Shown here: one piece after another, positions 35,636 to 40,000 of the stretch
Layout of the letters: each line of letters begins with the position of its first letter
Position numbering within the stretch: the first letter of the stretch is position 1
Assembly: GCA_022791675.1 (NCBI GenBank)
Contig: JAAVZN010000002.1
Span: 1-40,000 of the forward strand
Source of the DNA: Clostridia bacterium
GTDB lineage: Bacteria > Bacillota > Clostridia > TANB77 > CAG-508
DNA length: 40,000 bases
Direction: 5' to 3'
Translations under genes and position numbers: made by a program
Notes under the pieces: model-generated
Database searches by the model: none
The model's input: only the letters and a program-made list of their open reading frames with translations
Told to the model about the DNA's origin: nothing

Positions 35636-35740
35636 CTATCTACAGTTGTTGTTATTTTGTTTTTCATTATTATTGTTGTTTTGATTATTTCTATTATTAT
35701 TTTGATTGTTGTTTTTGTTTTCTTTATTTTTCTTTGACAT
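35636..35740 (-). CDS. Candidate 34-aa Asn/Lys/Gln-rich micro-protein
   Basis: A strong RBS (ggaggtg) lies 7 nt upstream of the ATG at 35740. The product is MSKKNKENKNNNQNNNRNNQNNNNNEKQNNNNCR. It is not in the ORF track because it is too short. Confidence 0.4.
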   Translation of the reverse strand: MSKKNKENKNNNQNNNRNNQNNNNNEKQNNNNCR

Positions 35741-35809
35741 GAAAAGCACCTCCATTCAATTTTCAATATTATTTTTGCCGATCAATCAAAAAAATATACC
35801 AAGATAGAT

Positions 35810-35838
35810 TTGTCTTTTTTTTACATTTGCGATATAAT
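35810..35838 (+). promoter_or_regulatory. Candidate promoter of murD
   Basis: TTGTCT (35810-35815), a 17-nt spacer, then TATAAT (35833-35838). Confidence 0.55.
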
Positions 35839-35902
35839 GGGAGAAAAATAAAAGTAACTTATCATTCATAAAAGAATATAATAAGCGAAAGGAATGAAAA
35901 AT

Positions 35903-37318
35903 ATGAAATTTCAAAACAAAAAATGGGAAGAATTTAATGAATACATAAAATTTAGAAAAGTGGCAATTATAGGATTAGGTGTGAGTAATTTGCCATTACT
36001 TGATTACTTATATGAAAAAAAAGCGAAAGTTACTGTATTTGATGAGAGAAATATAGAGCAAATCCCAAAGCATGGAATGGATAAAATAGAATCCTATCAT
36101 TTTGGATTTTATTTAGGAAAGAATTGTTTAGAAAATTTAAACGGTTTTGACATTATTTTCCGTTCACCAAGTTGCTTGCCAACGAGAGAGGAATTACAAA
36201 AAGAAGAAGAGAGAGGTGCTATTTTAACAACTGAAATAGAAATGCTAATGAAAATGTGTCCTTGTAAAATGATCGGTGTTACAGGGAGTGATGGAAAAAC
36301 AACTACGACAAGCTTAATCCATAGTATTTTACAAAAGGCTGGTTATCGTACTTTTTTAGGTGGAAATATAGGAACACCATTATTTACAAAGCTTTCAGAA
36401 ATGACGCCAGAAGATATTGTAGTTTTAGAATTAAGTAGTTTTCAACTAATGGGAATGGAAGTTAGTCCAGATATTGCAGTTATTACTAATATAACACCAA
36501 ATCATTTAAATATTCATAAAGATTACGAAGAATATATAGAAGCAAAGAAAAATATATTCCGATATCAAAATGAAAAAGGAATTCTTGTTTTAAATTATGA
36601 TAATGAAATTACCAAAAAATGTGAAAAGGAGGCAAAAGGAAAAGTGGTTTTCTTTAGCCATAAAGAAAAACTAGAAAATGGATTTATTGTCGATGATAAA
36701 GTGATAAAGGAATGCGAAGATCGAATTCGAAAGCATATCATGAGTTGTGAGGACACTGTTTTAAGAGGGGAACACAATTTAGAAAATATAGCAACTGCAA
36801 TGGCTACTACAAAAACATTAGTTCCTATTGAAAAAGCCATAGAAGCAATCAAGCAATTTAAACCAGTTGAACATCGAATTGAGTTCGTTGACGAAATCGA
36901 TCAAGTAAAATGGTACAACGATTCTTCTAGTTCTTCTCCTACAAGAACTTTATCAGGATTAAATGCTTTTGATGAAGAGATTGTTTTAATTGCTGGTGGT
37001 TATGATAAAAATTTAGATTATCAGCCATTGGCTAAACCAATTGCGAGTAAAGTCAAGACATTATTACTAATAGGTCAGACTTCAGGGAAAATCTTTGATG
37101 TGGTAAAAGAAGAATTGGAAAATCAAAAGAAAAATTTAGATATTTATATGTGTGAAAGTTTAGAACAAACTGTTACCTTAGCCAGAAAAGTAGCAAAACC
37201 AGGAAATGTTGTTCTATTTTCCCCTGCAAGTGCAAGTTTTGACATGTTTAAGGATTTTGCTGATCGTGGTAATCAGTTTAAAGATTTGGTACACAAAATA
37301 AAATTGAGAAAGGATTAA
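35903..37318 (+). CDS. murD: UDP-N-acetylmuramoylalanine--D-glutamate ligase
   Basis: It has a Rossmann-type N-terminus (VAIIGLGVSNLPLL), the P-loop GVTGSDGKTTTTSLI, and the C-terminal FSPASASFDMFKDFADRGNQF. I prefer the ATG at 35903 because of its spacing to the aaagga RBS. Confidence 0.92.
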   Translation: MKFQNKKWEEFNEYIKFRKVAIIGLGVSNLPLLDYLYEKKAKVTVFDERNIEQIPKHGMDKIESYHFGFYLGKNCLENLNGFDIIFRSPSCLPTREELQKEEERGAILTTEIEMLMKMCPCKMIGVTGSDGKTTTTSLIHSILQKAGYRTFLGGNIGTPLFTKLSEMTPEDIVVLELSSFQLMGMEVSPDIAVITNITPNHLNIHKDYEEYIEAKKNIFRYQNEKGILVLNYDNEITKKCEKEAKGKVVFFSHKEKLENGFIVDDKVIKECEDRIRKHIMSCEDTVLRGEHNLENIATAMATTKTLVPIEKAIEAIKQFKPVEHRIEFVDEIDQVKWYNDSSSSSPTRTLSGLNAFDEEIVLIAGGYDKNLDYQPLAKPIASKVKTLLLIGQTSGKIFDVVKEELENQKKNLDIYMCESLEQTVTLARKVAKPGNVVLFSPASASFDMFKDFADRGNQFKDLVHKIKLRKD

Positions 37319-37397
37319 ATTCCTTTCTTTTTCTTATTATTAACACAGTTTTTCTATTTCTACATATAATATACAAACAATTAAGGGAGGTTATGAT

Positions 37398-38003
37398 ATG
37401 TATCATGAAACTTATGAAGAATACATAAGAAGTATTTTAGGTTATCCAAATTATCAAAATAATAATATGGTTGAAAATAATTACCCAATCATGCCAACAA
37501 CTTATCAAAATCAGGAACAAAATATGGAATTAGAAACTTGCTACCCAGAAATTTATAAAGTAGTATATCCTATGGTAAACAAAGCTTGCATCACAAATAC
37601 CAAACCAATAACACCAGAATTAATAGATGATTTAACCAATGAGATTTATTTATCCATAGAAAATGATAATGAAATCAATGTTAATATTAATTTAACCAAT
37701 GAAGTTGCTAATCATGTAAGTATTGAAAATAGATCAAAAGCTTCTAGTGTAGCAACGACTAATTCTGATAAAATAGAAAAGACAAGAGAAAATAGGGGAG
37801 AAGACAGGCAATTTAGAAACAGAGGATTACAAGACTTAATTCGAATTTTATTAATTCGAGAATTACTTGGAAGACCAGGGAATCGTCCACCACGTCCTCA
37901 TTTTCCGCCAAACAGACCACCAATGCGACCACCATTTCCAGGAGGACCAAGGCCACCAATCATGCCACGTTATCAAGAGTTTTCTGAATTCTATGAAGAA
38001 TAA
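37398..38003 (+). CDS. Hypothetical protein with a proline-rich C-terminal tail
   Basis: An RBS (aagggagg) is present. The N-terminus is MYHETYEEYIRSILGYP. The tail is GRPGNRPPRPHFPPNRPPMRPPFPGGPRPPIMPRY. I cannot name a family with confidence. Confidence 0.7.
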   Translation: MYHETYEEYIRSILGYPNYQNNNMVENNYPIMPTTYQNQEQNMELETCYPEIYKVVYPMVNKACITNTKPITPELIDDLTNEIYLSIENDNEINVNINLTNEVANHVSIENRSKASSVATTNSDKIEKTRENRGEDRQFRNRGLQDLIRILLIRELLGRPGNRPPRPHFPPNRPPMRPPFPGGPRPPIMPRYQEFSEFYEE

Positions 38004-38141
38004 AAATTTCATAATATAGTACTTTTTGAGAAAGATATCGTATTTTTTTGAAAAATTTTCCACTTTTCGACAAATTTTCTCGAATAAAACTGCAAAAAAA
38101 CGGAAAAACTAATTTTGAGAAAAAATTGAAAGGTGGTAAAT

Positions 38142-38588
38142 ATGAAAGTAAAAGATTGTATGTGTACAGAAGTATGTTCCGTAAAGCCAGAAACAAACTT
38201 AAATCAAGTCGCAAAATTAATGAGTGAAAAACATGTAGGTTGTATTCCTGTTTGTGATGAAAATAATTGTATTTGTGGAATTGTAACAGATCGAGATATT
38301 TTACTTCGTGCAGTGGCTTGTGAAAAAGATATCAATACTTGTCAAGTAAGTGATATTATGACTTGCAATGTGTGTACTTGTAAAGAAGATGACGAAATGA
38401 CAAATGCTCAAAGTAAGATGTCACAAAATCAAATCAGAAGATTACCAGTATGTGATCAAAACAATAAGGTAATTGGAATTTTGACCTTGGGAAATTTAGC
38501 ACAAAATGAAAGGGAATTAGGAATTCAAGAAGTATGTACAACAATAGAAGGAATTTGCAATTGCAACGAGCACAAAAATGCTGAATAG
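38142..38588 (+). CDS. CBS-pair domain protein, unusually cysteine-rich
   Basis: The sequence VKDCMCTEVCSVKPETNLNQVAKLMSEKHVGCIPVCDEN..GIVTDRDILLR, plus a second CBS repeat (IRRLPVCDQNNKVIGILTLGNL), supports the call. The RBS is gaaaggtgg. Confidence 0.85.
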   Translation: MKVKDCMCTEVCSVKPETNLNQVAKLMSEKHVGCIPVCDENNCICGIVTDRDILLRAVACEKDINTCQVSDIMTCNVCTCKEDDEMTNAQSKMSQNQIRRLPVCDQNNKVIGILTLGNLAQNERELGIQEVCTTIEGICNCNEHKNAE

Positions 38589-38654
38589 AAAATAAAAAGT
38601 AAGGAACGGATAAATTGCCGTTCTTTTACATATAATAAGATAGGGAGGAAGGTT

Positions 38655-39752
38655 ATGATAATTGATGTGTCATATTGGACAAGAGTGTTAAAAAATATTT
38701 TATATGTGATATTACTATTATTAGGATTGTATATAGCATTAAAGCTATCCCTATTTTATATGCCATTTTTAGTGGCTTTTATCATATCTCTTATGATAGA
38801 GCCAGCTATTAAATTTATGATGGCAAAAACGAAATTAACAAGAAGAACGAGTTCAATTATCATATTTCTAATAGTATCGGCTATTATTTTAGGAAGTCTT
38901 ACATGGATTTTAATCACACTTTTTTCTGAATCATCTAGTTTATTACAAGGAATGAATGACTATTTTGATAAAGCTTACATACAATTCCAAGGACTAATGG
39001 ACAGCTTTCAATTTGACAAAATACATTTATCAGATGAAGTATTAAATGTTATTCAAAGTTCTACAGGAGATTTACTAGAAACAGCTTCTAATTGGCTAAG
39101 AAGTTCTCTAACAGGATTAATTAACTTAGTAACTAGTTTGCCATCAATTGCTATTTGTGTTGGAATCTCTGTTGTAGCTCTATACTTTATCTGTGTTGAT
39201 AAAATTTATATTTTAGACCAAGTCGAACACCATCTTCCTAAAGTATGGGTACGAAAAATAGGGAGACATTTAAAAGATTTGATTCACACATTAGGAGGCT
39301 ATTTAAAAGCAGAAGCAATGTTAGTTCTAGTATCATTTATGATCTCTTTAATTGGATTATATATTTTACAATTTACAGGATTTAACATACAATATCCATT
39401 ATTAATTGCATTGTTTATAGGTTTTGTTGATGCACTTCCTATTTTGGGATCAGGCACTGTTATGATTCCTTGGGCAATAATTTGTGCAATTAATGGAGAT
39501 TTAAACTTAGGAATAGCTATTGTTATATTACTTATTATCATGTCAATTGCTAGACAAATATTAGAACCTAAATTGGTTAGCAAAAATATTGGAGTTCACC
39601 CAATTTTTACACTGATTGCTATGTACACAGGATTTAAAGTGATCGGCATTATGGGATTATTAATTGGACCAATTGTATTGATTATTTTCAAAAATATTTT
39701 TGCAAGTTTAATTGATCAAGGAGTATTTAAAACAATTTTTGATCGAAAATGA
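38655..39752 (+). CDS. ytvI: Sporulation integral membrane protein YtvI (AI-2E/PerM transporter family)
   Basis: It is a 365-aa multi-pass membrane protein. The start, and LGGYLKAEAMLV..FVDALPILGSGTVMIPW..ILEPKLVSKNIGVHP, match the YtvI/AI-2E family. Confidence 0.85.
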   Translation: MIIDVSYWTRVLKNILYVILLLLGLYIALKLSLFYMPFLVAFIISLMIEPAIKFMMAKTKLTRRTSSIIIFLIVSAIILGSLTWILITLFSESSSLLQGMNDYFDKAYIQFQGLMDSFQFDKIHLSDEVLNVIQSSTGDLLETASNWLRSSLTGLINLVTSLPSIAICVGISVVALYFICVDKIYILDQVEHHLPKVWVRKIGRHLKDLIHTLGGYLKAEAMLVLVSFMISLIGLYILQFTGFNIQYPLLIALFIGFVDALPILGSGTVMIPWAIICAINGDLNLGIAIVILLIIMSIARQILEPKLVSKNIGVHPIFTLIAMYTGFKVIGIMGLLIGPIVLIIFKNIFASLIDQGVFKTIFDRK

Positions 39753-39757
39753 TAAGT

Positions 39758-39819
39758 GTGCGATTGGGGACGGTTCTTTTTGCACATTTTTGTGCAAAAA
39801 GAACCGTCCCCGATCGCAC
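39758..39819. terminator. GC-rich 29-bp-arm inverted repeat between convergent ytvI and guaA
   Basis: The arm gtgcgattggggacggttctttttgcaca, a tttt loop, then tgtgcaaaaagaaccgtccccgatcgcac, with one T-G mismatch. It is much more GC-rich than its surroundings. Confidence 0.7.
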
Positions 39820-39824
39820 CTATT

Positions 39825-40000
39825 TTATTCCCATTCAATGGTTGCTGGTGGTTTTGAAGTAATGTCATAAACGACTCTATTTACATGATTAACTTCATTT
39901 ACAATTCTGGAAGATACTTTTTCTAATATGTCATAAGGGATTTTGCTCCATATTCCTGTCATAAAATCTGTTGTTTCAACAGCACGTAAGGCTATGGTAT
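39825..40000 (-). CDS. guaA: GMP synthase (glutamine-hydrolysing), C-terminal end; the gene continues beyond the window
   Basis: The minus-strand translation ..[55 protein letters not shown] is the canonical GuaA C-terminus. Confidence 0.9.
   Translation of the reverse strand, partial: TIALRAVETTDFMTGIWSKIPYDILEKVSSRIVNEVNHVNRVVYDITSKPPATIEWE

Noticed and set aside
1-40000. An alternative genetic code in which UGA is a sense codon (Mollicutes-like), as an explanation for the broken genes.
   Set aside because: TGA is used as a genuine stop (XRE gene at 975-977, hydC at 25781-25783, the PLC-like gene). The breaks are frame changes, not in-frame stops.

Overview
This is an AT-rich chromosomal window from a low-GC Bacillota (Clostridia-like) organism using the standard bacterial code; TGA serves as a stop at 975-977 and 25781-25783. 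Most of it is housekeeping: asnB, rpmF, addA, rqcH, a NuoE/NuoF-type [FeFe]-hydrogenase cluster (hydC-hydB-pepC-hydA), a uracil permease-Upp fusion, murD, ytvI and the guaA 3' end. Accessory content includes a sortase B with its substrate, NatAB-like ABC transporter genes, a MATE fusion and a pilin-like FGE-domain protein. I found no rRNA, tRNA, CRISPR array, transposase or integrase. The left edge (1-2575) carries DinD-like, XRE and ORF6N genes. There, a diverged second copy of the asnB 3' end plus a related hairpin brackets a 1.4 kb integrase-less module. The most unusual observation is that five conserved plus-strand genes are broken under standard decoding (addA, a DUF2207 tail, a DnaB-like helicase, a VanY-like peptidase and an ABC ATPase). 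All eight breaks are the same lesion: one extra C at a codon boundary in front of a Gly codon, which creates an in-frame CGG. CGG is otherwise absent as a sense codon from every conserved gene in the window. This is either a systematic consensus artefact or +1 recoding at a starved CGG codon, and the sequence alone cannot decide between them.
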